Shown here: piece by piece, positions 1 to 10,955 of the stretch
Layout of the letters: each line of letters begins with the position of its first letter
How positions within the stretch are numbered: the first letter of the stretch is position 1
NCBI RefSeq assembly: GCF_006345805.1
Contig: NC_042998.1
Coordinates: 197,222,001-197,286,000, forward strand
Source: Octopus sinensis
Lineage: Eukaryota
Direction of reading: 5' to 3'
Length of the DNA: 64,000 nt
The notes under the pieces: model-generated
Databases searched by the model: none
Seen by the model: only the letters and a program-made list of their open reading frames with translations
Told to the model about the DNA's origin: nothing
Position numbers and translations under genes: made by a program

Positions 1-19
1 GTAAAAGAGTAAATATCAG

Positions 20-68
20 AAAACACCTGGTGGAGAAGAAAAGGAAACAAAAGAAATATTAGAAGCAG
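20..68 (+). pseudogene. Exon-like unit type B (pseudo/cryptic exon, AT at donor position)
   Basis: cag acceptor, reads TPGGEEKETKEILEA, homologous to 7908-7955; ends CAG|atatgc instead of gtatgc; 49 nt (3n+1); downstream atattctacaggaa matches the intron after the canonical exon 24188-24229. Confidence 0.55.
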
Positions 69-335
69 ATATGCTTTGTGTAATATTCTACAGGAAATTA
101 TGATTCTTTCCGCAAAATTTATGCATATTTAAATTTTAGAATATTCTAGAGCCTGTGTTTAATCTTGTTTTCATATTTATAAATACAATATTTTGTTAGA
201 AAATGTTAGGAAGGTAGAGTTTTACAGAGTGTTGATTATGTATAAACTACAGCATAATATTCAAGATGTATCATACAGGGTACAGTAGAGATGAGGACAT
301 GGTGTATTTGAGATATACAGAAGACATATATTTTA

Positions 336-640
336 CTAGCAGTATCGCCCGGTGTTGCTCGGATTTGTAAAGGAAATAACTATATAAACATTTTTAGAGA
401 GTTACTTCCCTTATATAACCCGAGCAAAAATCATTAAAAATGCGGAAAAATGATGGTAAATTTTTTTTTTTAATCGTAGACTCATCGTAGATGCGCGCTA
501 ATACCCAGAAGGGCTCGATATGAATGACGACTATAAGATACCCGCTTTTGGTTAAACTGCACCGCAAAATGTGGGAGTAGTTAGGAATCTAAATCAGAGG
601 AGACAGAGTCTCACACACACAACTTCAATTTTATATATAT
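336..640 (-). mobile_element. Non-autonomous Helitron
   Basis: Minus strand ends ...gagcaacaccgggcgatactgCTAG with a subterminal hairpin; AT-rich tatatataaaa 5' end; homologous to 30238-30633. Confidence 0.8.
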
Positions 641-660
641 TTTATGTACACGGTGTGTTG

Positions 661-1240
661 CATCATCATCATTGTTCGACCGTGGTCAAGACAATGGAAT
701 TTACTATGTTACACCAGACTTCACGGTCCATCATAGCATTACGGAGGTCCTGTTGCTGGATGCTTGTATCCCTGGAGATTACATCAGGGTAGGAAAGTCT
801 ACGCCCTCTGATATCACGAGTAGATGGGTTCCAGAGAAGAAGAGTAGAAATTACCTCGTTTTCACCTCTACAACAATGTCCAGCAAACTGGACTCTTCTA
901 CCTTTCACAAGAGATGATACAGGTGGTAATTTCCCATATATTTGTACTTTGGTTGGATGACGCTTCCACGAGAGATTTTGAGCTCTCATAAGGAGGTGAG
1001 TGTAAGTTCCATCCAACTGCCTCTCAAGCTTCTTTGATAACGTCCAGGTTTCTGAGCCACATAGTAAAATTGGTTCGACTGTGGCTTTGAAGATTTTAAG
1101 TTTGAAATCTCTACTTAGATTTGATGACCAAATCTTATGAATTTCATTACAGGCTGACCAGGCCATATCCTTTCTACTTAGAAAATCTTTTTCAGAGGAT
1201 GATATGTATGACCCAAGATATTTGTATTCAGAAACATATT
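661..1240 (-). mobile_element. 5'-truncated LINE (RTE-like), ORF2 C-terminus
   Basis: ORF 669-1265 has YKYLGS, ILLCGSETWTL, FAGHC, DREVW; stop codon runs directly into a (TGA)n tail. Confidence 0.85.
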
Positions 1241-1441
1241 TAAGAGTGTGTTGCAATGTAAACATAATGTTAGGTGAAGTGAGTATAGTACAGTATTGAG
1301 TTCAAGTTATCTGAGTTAGAACATGTTGTATGAGGCTTAGCTTAGATTGGGAGTGAAAGTTTGTTCTGTTGAGCCCAGTGGGTCTGATAGAAATTATTTT
1401 GTCCATTTGAATATTTTGTCCATTGTATTCTATTTCTTAAG

Positions 1442-1564
1442 TTTCTGTGGAGAAAGACAAAACTGCTGCTGAAAAAGAAGAAGAGAAAGAAGTAGAAAGA
1501 AGAGAAAGAAAAATAGGAAAGAAAGAAAGTGTGGAAAAAGGAATGGTATTGGGTGAGAAAAAAG
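1442..1564 (+). CDS. Internal exon A1 of a Glu/Lys-rich repetitive (PEVK-like) protein
   Basis: ttcttaag|...AAAAAG|gtatgt; 123 nt, phase 1-1, open: VSVEKDKTAAEKEEEKEVERRERKIGKKESVEKGMVLGEKK. Confidence 0.8.
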
Positions 1565-1600
1565 GTATGTTTAATATGATATATATATTCTATTGAAAAA

Positions 1601-2064
1601 CTTTACTTGTGAAGACCTGTTGAAGCAGTGAAAATCAAAATCGTAATCAATCAACATTAATGGAATTTGTAGCTGTGATACCAGTGCCGGTGGCACGTAA
1701 GAGAACCATCTGAACGTGGCCGTAGCCAGCGCTGCCCTGACTGGCCTCCGTACCAGTGGCACGTAAAAAGCACCATCTGATCTTGGCTGTTGCCAGCCTC
1801 GTCTGGTCTCCGTGCCAGTGGCACGTAAAAAGCACCGACCGGTCATGGCCATTTGCCAGCCTCGTCTGGCACCTGTGCCGGTGGCACGTAAAAAGCACCC
1901 ACTACACTCACGGAGTGGCTGGTGTTAGGAAGGGCATTCAGCTATAGAAACACTGCCAGATCATACTAGAGCCTGGTGCAGCCTCCTGGTTTCCCAGACC
2001 CCAGTTGAACTGTCCAACCCATGCTAGCATGGAAAGCGGACGTTAAACGATGATGGTGATGATG
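1601..2064 (+). mobile_element. RTE LINE 3' UTR fragment (repeat family 1)
   Basis: Iterated gtggcacgtaaaaagcac core, conserved ccaacccatgctagcatggaaagcggacgttaaa end and (TGA)n tail; same sequence forms the 3' UTR of the LINE at 3457-5640. Confidence 0.8.
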
Positions 2065-2269
2065 TAAAGCATCATAAAATATCTTTAAAGAACAGAAATC
2101 AGCCAGCTTCATGTTGTTTTCCTATCAGCGTGGAATGGAATTATTGATGTAGTGAAGATACAGATGTAGAATTATCCCTAATGCTCTTGACATGCATTGC
2201 ATATAAAGTCAATGACATGTGATAGAGATTGATAGATATTGAGGCTTGGTACAACTTTTTATGGATATA

Positions 2270-2557
2270 GCCTCCTTGACTGGCTTTGCCGCCTTGACTG
2301 GCTTCTGTGTCGGTGGCACGTAAAAACCACCGACCGATCATGGCCGTTCCAGCCTCCCCTGGCACCTGTGCCGGTGGCACGTAAAAAGCACCAACTACAC
2401 TCACAGAGTGGTTGGAATTAGGAAGGGCATCCAGCTGTAGAAACACTGCCAGATCAGACTGGAGCCTCGTGCAACCTCCATGGCTTACCAGGCCCCGGTC
2501 GAACCGTCCAACCCATGCTAGCATTGAAAACAGGCGTTAAACGACGATGATGATGAT
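2270..2557 (+). mobile_element. RTE LINE 3' UTR fragment (family 1)
   Basis: Same 3' end and (TGA)n tail as 1601-2064. Confidence 0.8.
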
Positions 2558-3192
2558 CATCATCATCACTGCTTTGAAAGAATTGCTATGTAGCCCTCTT
2601 CGTGAAGGACTTTTATGTTAAGTGGTGCAAATTCTCTGAGTATCATCCCAACTTATTTTTAGAATGACATTGTAGGGTCGGAGTGAGAGGCTGGATCTAA
2701 CCAGTTTGAACATTAAACAGGTTGAATAATTTGACTGGACTATGGCCAGTTTAAATGTCAAAAGATTAAATTTTGAAATCTTTTAATATGTTAGTAGAAT
2801 CCATGGTAGCTTCATAGTTTGTGGATGATGTATGTACTACAGAATGACATTATGCTTTCTTTTGTAACATTGATATTTCAGTGACATGATTACTTAATTT
2901 TAGAATGACATTGTAGGGTTGGAGTGAGAGGCTGGATCTGGCTGGCTAGTTTGAAGATGTTATTTGTGGTGTTCTGTAGAGTATAGTATATGCTGTCATT
3001 TGCAGTGTGAACATGATGTCAGGTGCAAAGAGTATGATGCATAATTATGTGCATGTTGTCTGCATTAGTTAGAACATGTTGTACGAGGTTGTCAAGATTG
3101 GAAGTGAAAGTCTATTGAGTTGGGTGCAATGGGTTTGACAGAACTTACTTCATCTATTTAGATGTTTTGACCAATGTATTCTATTTCATAAG

Positions 3193-3285
3193 TTTCCAGG
3201 AAGAAAGAAAAAGTTGCTGCTGTACCTGCTAAAGAAGAAAGAAAGAGAAGAGAGGAAAAAGAAGTGGAGGAAGGTGTTAAAAAAG
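3193..3285 (+). CDS. Internal exon A2
   Basis: ttcataag|...AAAAAAG|gtatgt; 93 nt, phase 1-1: VSRKKEKVAAVPAKEERKRREEKEVEEGVKK. Confidence 0.85.
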
Positions 3286-3456
3286 GTATGTTTAATATGA
3301 TACATTTTCTACTACAAATCATTATAAAAATATCTATGAAGATCAGGAAACCCTCAGTTCCCTGATGTTTTGCTATCCATGTTGACTACACAGCCGAGGG
3401 TGGAATTATTAATGTTGCGAAGTGACAGTTGGGAAATCATCAACAGAGTTCTTGAC

Positions 3457-5640
3457 ATCATCCTCATCATCATGCTGGCATGGGTTGGACGATTTGACTG
3501 AAGACTGGCGAACTAGATGGCTGCACCAGACTTCATTCTGATCTGGCAGAGTTTCTACAGCTGGATGCTCTTCCTAACGCCAACCACTCCGAGAGTGTAG
3601 TGGGTGCTTTTTACGTGCCACCAGCACGAGGGCTAGTCAGGCGTTACTGGCAACAGCCACGCTCAAATGGTGTTTCTCACGTGCCACCTGCACAGGAGCC
3701 AGTCCAGTGGCACTGGCAACGACCTCGCTCAAAGGTTTTTTCGTGTACCACCAGCACAAGTGCCAGCAAGGCGATGCAGGTAACAATCACGCTCGAATGG
3801 TGTTTTTTATGTGCCACCGGCACAGAGGCCAGCTTGTTGCTCTGGCGACGATCACACTTGTATGGTGCTCTTAGTGCTCCACTAGCATGGATACCAGTCA
3901 TCAAATTTGATTTCAATTTCGAATGCCTCAACAGGTCTTCGCAAGCAGAGTTTAGTGTCCAATGAAGGAAAGGTATGCATCAGTGGGCTGGTTACACCCC
4001 TGGCATAGGCCACGAGGTTATGGTCTCACTTGGCTTGCTGAGTCTTCTCAAGCACAGCATATTTCCAAAGGTCTCGGTCACTAGTCATTGCCTCGGTGAG
4101 GCCCAATATTCGAAGGTCATGCTTCACCACTTCATCCCAGGTCTTCCTGGGTCTACCTCTTCCACAGGCTCCCTCAACCACTAGGGTGTGGCACTTTTTC
4201 ACACAGCTATCCACATCCATTCTCGCCACATGGCCATACCAGCACAGTTGTCTCTCTTGCACACCACATCTGATGCTTCTTACGGCCAACTTTTCTCTCA
4301 AGGTACTAACACTGTCGAGTATGAACACTGACATTACACATCCATCAGAGCATACTGGCTTCATTCCTTGCAAGTTTACGCATGTCCTCACCAGTCACGG
4401 CCCATGTTTCACTGCCATGTAGCATCGCTGTTCATACACATGCATCATACGGTCTACCTTTTACTCTGAGTGAGAGGCCTTTGTCACCAGCAGAGGTAAG
4501 AGCTCTCTGAACTTTGCCCAGGCTATTCTTACTCTAGCAGCTACACTTTCAGTGCACCCTCCTTCGCTACCGACTTGGTCACCAAGGTAATGGAAGCTAT
4601 CAACTACTTCTTGTTTTTCTCCCTAGAATGTGGCGGAAGTTGTTCTCTGCACATTTTCAGTGGTTATTGCTCCTGAGCATCTGTCATATACAAAACTGAT
4701 CATCCCAGTTAGCCTTCCTTTGATATTGCTGCACTTCTTATGTGTCCATAGCTTACACTGGGTACATCTTATAAAGTTCCTATCTCTGCCTTTTCTACAG
4801 ATCAAGGAGGTGCATCTACCTGAAGAGATTTGTGGTTTGCCTGCCTTCCTACTTATTAGGACTTTGGTTTTAGCTATGTTGACTCTAAGGCCCTTTGATT
4901 CTAATCCTTGTTTCCACACTTGAAACTTCTCTAGTTCTGATGGTGACTCAGCAATTTGAGCAAGGTCGTCAGCATAGAGGAGCTCCCAGGGGCATCCTGC
5001 CTTGAATTCCTCCGTTATTGCCTGGAGGACTATGATAAATAGGAGGGGCTGAGGACTGAGCCTTGGTGGACCCCTACCTCTACCTGGAATTCTTCACTGT
5101 ACTTGTTGCCAACCCTCGCCTTACTGACAGCATCCCTGTACATGGCTTGCACAGCTCTCAATAACCATTCGTCTATCCCTAGTAGTTTCCTCATTGACCA
5201 CCAGATAAGGGATCGGGGGACCCTGTCAAAGGCTTTCTCTATGTCAACGAAAGCCAGGTACAGAGGTTTATCTTTGGCTAGGTATTTCTCCTGCAGCTGT
5301 CTTACCAGAAATACAGCATCAGTGGTGCTTTTTCTTGGCACGAACCCAAACTGCTTCTCATCTAAACTGACTCTCTCCCTAATTAGTTGAGCTATGACCC
5401 TCTCTGTGACCTTCATTACCTGATCTAACAACTTGATACCTCTGTAATTATTTGTATTTCTTTCTCCCATTCATTTTCTTTATTGAGCAACCTTTCATAG
5501 TGGCCTCCCTAAACCTCTCTCATTGCAGCCTCATTTAGTGCAAGAGAACCATCATCCATGTGGACACATTTCTCTCCTACAAATTTTTTCATGGGATGCC
5601 TCCCATGAACACGTCTAAAGGCTTTACACCATCCCCACCC
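3457..5640 (-). mobile_element. Decayed RTE-clade LINE (RT domain, C-terminus, 3' UTR)
   Basis: NYRGIKLL, QFGF, LAFVDIEKAFDRVPR, GVHQGSVLSP (ORF 5030-5470); WYGHVARM, GRGRPRKTW (4026-4391); frameshifted; tail at ~3457-3473. Confidence 0.9.
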
Positions 5641-5661
5641 CTACTTAGGATTTATCTCCTA

Positions 5662-6191
5662 CTAGCAGTATCGCCCGGGTTTGTAAGGGAAATAACTATA
5701 TAAGCATTTGTAAGGGAAATAACTATATAAGCATTTTTAGAGAGTTACTTCCCTTATAGATGCCAATTTGGGCTTTCTTAGCCATTTCTGTTTTGGTGTC
5801 TTGAAGCCATGAAGTCGTTATTCTAAAAGAACGCTGGTCTCCTTGACAACGCTTTACGACATTGATTTCCTTACACTCCCTTCCCCACAGCTTCACGAGG
5901 GAGGGAAGAAGGGGGAGAAGCAAACAGGTGCAGGTGTGACCATGGACGCCAACTCCGCTGCAATCGACACACGAAAAATTATGCATTAAAATGGAATAAA
6001 AAATGATGTTAAATTATTTTTAAAATTGTAGACTCATTGTAGATGCGCGCTAATACTCAGATGGGCTCGATATGAATCACGACTATAAGATACCCGAATT
6101 TGGTTAAACTGCACCGCAAAATGTGGGAGTAGTTAGGAATCTAAATCGAAGGGGACAGACACTCACACAACTACAGTTTTATATATATAGA
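5662..6191 (-). mobile_element. Non-autonomous Helitron
   Basis: Minus strand 5' TCtatatatataaaa ... cccgggcgatactgCTAG 3', inserted between A and T. Confidence 0.8.
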
Positions 6192-6289
6192 TGTAAGGTA
6201 GTGGTCATATAGTGCAAAAATATGATAGTGTAGTGTATGTAGGTTGAACTGAAGGCTATTGTTTGTTTATGAATTCTGCCAAATGCAAG

Positions 6290-6412
6290 CTCTCTTTTTA
6301 GGCACATGATGCTACTGTCCCCTGTCCCAGGGTCTCACAGCCCCATACCTCCCACACCCTTGGAGTTGGCACTCTCAATGTTGGCACACTGAAAGGTAGG
6401 TCTAGTGAGATC
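6290..6412 (+). mobile_element. LINE AP-endonuclease N-terminal fragment
   Basis: 6359-6412 translates LGVGTLNVGTLKGRSSEI, the start of the RTE APE domain; opposite orientation to the adjacent RT. Confidence 0.6.
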
Positions 6413-6807
6413 TTGTTTTCTTTTTATAGTCACAATAACCTGTCAGAAAATGTCAAGATATTTGTTTCATAATTTGTAGATAATGTATGTACTACAGAAT
6501 AATATACTAGATGAATTCTGTTGGGTATTGTAGTGATGGGTATTATAGTGGCAATACAGAAATCAGGTATAGTGTTTGAAGGTGTTTCGTAGAGTTTAGG
6601 AGATGCTGTCGGTTACAGTGCAAACTTGATGTTAGATGCAATGACTATAGTGCAGAATTATTAAGTGCATGTTGTCTGCGTTGGTACATGTTGTAAGAGG
6701 TTTTTATTTAGAGTAGAAGTGAAGGTTTGTTGAATTGGATGTAGTGAGTTTAATAGAAAATGCTTCATCCATTTGAATATTTCGTTAATTTTACTCTATT
6801 TCATAAG

Positions 6808-6921
6808 TTCCTAGAAAGAAAGAAAAAGTTGTTGCACCTTTTAAAGAAGGAGAAGAAGAAAGAGAGGAAGAAGGAGTGGAAGAAGGAGAGGATAAAGAAA
6901 TGGAGGAAGGTGTTAAAAAAG
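6808..6921 (+). CDS. Internal exon A3
   Basis: ttcataag|...AAAAAAG|gtaagt; 114 nt, phase 1-1: VPRKKEKVVAPFKEGEEEREEEGVEEGEDKEMEEGVKK. Confidence 0.9.
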
Positions 6922-6975
6922 GTAAGTTTAATATGATACATTTTCTACTGAAAAGAATTATAAAAACATCTTTAA

Positions 6976-7194
6976 CCCTTTAGCATTTAAACTGGCCATA
7001 TCCGGCCCAAATATGCTTCCTGTTTTTTGTTCTAACTGGCCAGATCAAGCCTATCATACCTACCCTTCAATGCCATTATTAAATATACAGTCACGTCATT
7101 GAAATTTCAAGGCTGCAAAATAATACAGGATTAATTAAAAACAATTTGAATGAAAAAGTGTTACCTTTGACAGAATGATCTGAATGCTAAAGGG
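6976..7194. mobile_element. TTAA-specific MITE (piggyBac-like)
   Basis: TIR ccctttagcatt / aatgctaaaggg with TTAA on both sides; older partial relatives at ~2650-2770, 8080-8224, 10600-10742, 13707-13793. Confidence 0.75.
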
Positions 7195-7250
7195 TTAAAG
7201 ATCAGGAAACCCTCAGTTCCCTGATGTTTTGCTATCCATATTGACTACAC

Positions 7251-7626
7251 AATGGCCCAGTGGTTAGGGCAGCGGACTCGCGGTCGTGGGATCGCGGTTT
7301 CGATTCCCAGACCGGGCGTTGTGAGTGTTTATTGAGCGAAAACACCTAAAAGCTCCACGAGGCTCCGGCAGGGGATGGTGGTGATCCCTGCTGTACTCTT
7401 TCACCACAACTTTCTCTCACTCTTACTTCCTGTTTCTGTTGTACCTGTATTTCAAAGGGCCGGCCTTGTCACTCTCTGTGTCACGCTGAATATCCCCGAG
7501 AACTACGTTAAGGGTGCACGTGTCTGTGGAGTGCTCAGCCACTTACACGTTAATTTCACGAACAGGCTGTTCCGTTGATTCGGATCAACCGGAACCCTCG
7601 TCGTCGTAACCGACGGAGTGTTTCCA
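7251..7626 (+). mobile_element. tRNA-derived SINE (family 2)
   Basis: A box tggcccagtgg, B box ggtttcgattccc, ~375 bp; flanking direct repeat ttgactacaca. Confidence 0.85.
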
Positions 7627-7907
7627 TCCATTGACTACACAGCTGAGGGTGGAATCATTAATGTAGTGGAGAGACAGTTGTAGAATTATCACCAGAGTTC
7701 TTGACATCCATTGCATAGAATTGAAGTCAATGCTATGTGGTAGATATTGATACAAAAAAGTTTGGTACAGCTTTTTATAGAGCAAGCACTGCTTTGATAG
7801 AATTCTTTAATCTTTATTGATAATGGCTTCTATGTTAAGTGGTGCAAATTCTCCGAGTGTCATCCCAACTGTTGATATTATTGTATTCTGCATATTAAAT
7901 AGGGCAG

Positions 7908-7955
7908 TGTTGCCTAATGGAGAAGAAAAGGAAACAAAAGATACATTAGAGATGG
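7908..7955 (+). pseudogene. Exon-like unit type B (AT at donor position)
   Basis: gggcag|...ATGG|atatgt; 48 nt, phase 1-1, open: VLPNGEEKETKDTLEM. Confidence 0.55.
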
Positions 7956-8668
7956 ATATGTCTTTTAATTCTTTTAGAAATATTTATTTATCTTTATTCA
8001 ATCCTTTATCGCTCAGATTCTGCTGTCAAATTGTTATACCTATTTATTCATGTTGCTTTGAATTAATTGTGCATTATTTTGCAACTTTGATATTTCAGTG
8101 ATGTGATTGTATATTTTTAGAATGACATTGTAGGGTTGGAGTGAGAGGCTGGATCCTGGATCACCATTAAACAGGTTGAATAATTTGACTGGATTATGGC
8201 CAGTTTAAATGTCAAAAGATTAAATTTTGGAATGTTTTAACATGTTAGCAGAATCCATGGTTGAGCTTGTTTTCCTTTTTATGGTTACAATAACCTGTCA
8301 GAAAATGTTAAAATAGTAGCTTCATAGTTTGTAGATAATGTATGTACTACTGAATAGTAGTAGGGTATTATTGTGATGAGGGAAAGTTGTTGGTGGCACA
8401 TACAGAAATCAGGTATAGTGTATGAAGCAGAACATATTATTTTTGGTGTTTTGTAGAGTTTAGGATATGCTGTTGGTTGCAGTGTGAATATGGTGTTAGA
8501 TGTAATGAGTATGGTGCAGAATTAAGGGCATGCTGTCTGCATTTGTTAGAACATGTATAAGGTTAAGTTTAGATCAGAAGTGAAAGTTTGTTGAGTTGGG
8601 TGCAGTGGGTCTGACAGAAAATATTACATTCATTTAAATATTTAATCCATTATATTCTATTCCATAAG

Positions 8669-8830
8669 TTCCAAGGAAGAAAGATAAAGTTTCTGTATCG
8701 ATTGAAGGAGAAAAAGAAGCAGAAGAAGGAGTGGAAGAAGGAGAGGAAGAAGGAGAGGAAGAAGAGGTAGAAGACGTGGAAGAAGAGGAGGAAGGAGTGG
8801 ATAAAGAAATGGTGGTGGGTGTTAAAATAG
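8669..8830 (+). CDS. Internal exon A4
   Basis: tccataag|...ATAG|gtatgt; 162 nt, phase 1-1: VPRKKDKVSVSIEGEKEAEEGVEEGEEEGEEEEVEDVEEEEEGVDKEMVVGVKI. Confidence 0.9.
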
Positions 8831-9531
8831 GTATGTTTAATATAATACATTCTCTACTGTAAAGTATCATAAAATTATCTTTAAAGAAAAGGAAGCCCCT
8901 GGTTTCCTGATATTTTGCTATCCATATTGACTACACAGCTGAGGGTGGAATTATCAATGTATTGGAGAGACAGTTGTAAAATTATCACCAGAGTTCTTGA
9001 CATCCATTGCATATAATTGAAGCCAATGATATGTGACAGATATTGATACAAACAAGTTTGGTACAACTTTTTATAAATATGTGTAAGCACTGACTTAATA
9101 AAATTATTTAATCATTATTGATAGCCTGATTAAAAGCTGCACTCCATGTGGACATTTTGGCTAGCTTCTGCGGAGGGCTAATTGGGTCTGCAGCCCCAAA
9201 CTAAAGAGAGCAATAATAATAATAAAGCATTTGTTGTTACCCTACCTTTATGATATTACTTTAAATTCAGTTTAAATAAAAAACTTGCAATTTTACAAAT
9301 TTTCGGAGTTCTTTTAAAATTTGAATAGAAGACGTATATGTATATACATGTGTGTATATACATATATCAACATCATCATCATCTTTTAACGTCCGTTCTC
9401 CATGCTAGCATGGGTTGGACGGTTCGACCGGGGATCTGGGAAGCCAGAAGGCTGCACCAGGCTCCAGTCTTATCTGGCAATGTTTCTACAGCTGGATGCC
9501 CTTCCTAACGCCACAACCCTTCCTAACGCCA

Positions 9532-9569
<38 letters not shown>

Positions 9570-9573
<4 letters not shown>

Positions 9574-9731
9574 TAAGCAATTAAGGGTTTAGCAACGAAT
9601 TGCCTCACCACACACCGAATTTAGAAATAGCAGTCAAAGAGTTATAGCTATAGCTATAACTCTTTGACTGCTATTTCTAAATTCGGTGTGTGGTGAGGCA
9701 ATTCGTTGCTAAACCCTTAATTGCTTAGTAT
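9570..9731. repeat. Perfect spacerless 162-bp palindrome
   Basis: Centre gttatagcta|tagctataac at 9650/9651; 81-bp arms are exact reverse complements; the arm is homologous to an element at 25541-25722. Confidence 0.95.
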
Positions 9732-10427
9732 TACTTAATTTTCCTCGAATGAGGCTTTTACATGCCGAAATCTACTTGGTGTAATTAATAATTATTCCAA
9801 ATTAACTAATTTCACCCTTTATTGTTACTGATATATATATATATATATATATATAATATGTATGTATATATGTATTGTAACTTTGTGTCTGTGTTTGTCC
9901 CCCTCCACCACTAAATAATTACTTTTGTGTTTACATTCATGTAACTTAGTGGTTTGGTAAGAGGCCAATAAAAAAGTAGCAGACACACAAAAAGAAAGAA
10001 CTAGTGTCGATTTGTTTGCTAAAAATTCTTCAAGGTGGTGATCCAGTGTGGCCATAGTCTGATGACTGAAGAAGATAAAAGAACCACTAAATTCCTTAGT
10101 AGAACTTAAAGTTAAGGGTGGTAACTCTTGTACTTCCCATGGCCACTTTACCTGCTAGAAATAGCAACACAAATGCTTTTAAATCAGATCCCAATGCTGG
10201 ATGTTTAAGAACCAAATGAAGGGCAGAATTCCAATCCTGGGATCATCCTGATTCCAAAAAGGTAATGTATGCCTATGTAGACCAAATGTAGACTGAGATA
10301 CAAGGGTCCCAGACAGACAGAATTTCACTTTTATTGATATAGATGACATATATATTAAGTGGTGCATATTCTCCGAGTATCATCCCAACTGTTGATATTA
10401 TTGTATTCTGCATATTAAATAGGGCAG

Positions 10428-10475
10428 TGTTGCCTAATGGAGAAGAAAAGGAAACAAAAGATACATTAGAGATGG
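10428..10475 (+). pseudogene. Exon-like unit type B (AT at donor position)
   Basis: Identical to 7908-7955, within a ~500-bp duplication (~7835-8350 vs ~10355-10870). Confidence 0.55.
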
Positions 10476-10955
10476 ATATGTCTTTTAATTCCTTTAGTAA
10501 TATTTACTCATCTTTATTCAATCCTTTATCGCTCAGATTCTGCTGTCAAATGTTATGCTTATTTATTCATGGTGTTCTGAATTAATTGTGCATTATTCGG
10601 CAACATTGATATTTCAGTGATGTGATTGCTTATTATTAGAATGACATTGTAGGGTTGGAGTGAGAGGCTGGATCCTGGATCAACATTAAACAGGTTGAAT
10701 AATTTGACTGGATTATGGCCAGTTTAAATGTCAAAAGATTAAATTTTGGAATGTTTTAATATGTTAGCAGAATCCATGGTTGATCTTTTTTTCCTTTTTA
10801 TGGTTACAATAAGCTGTCAGAAAATGTTAAAATAGTAGCTTCATAGTTTGTAGATAATGTATGTACTACAGAATGACATTATGCTTTCTTTTGTAACATT
10901 GATATTTCAGTGATGTGATTGCTTATTTTTAGGATGACATTATAGGGTAGGAGTG

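Noticed and set aside
7251-7325. tRNA gene
   Set aside because: tRNA-like head continues into a ~375-bp dispersed repeat with TSDs, so it is a SINE
7956-7961. U12-type AT-AC donor for the type B units
   Set aside because: U12 donors read ATATCC; these read ATATGT, ATATGC or ATAAAT and downstream acceptors are AG
9743-9780. Hammerhead-like gaatga-ggc...gcc-gaaa
   Set aside because: No CTGA, no stem I, and not conserved in the homologue near 25600
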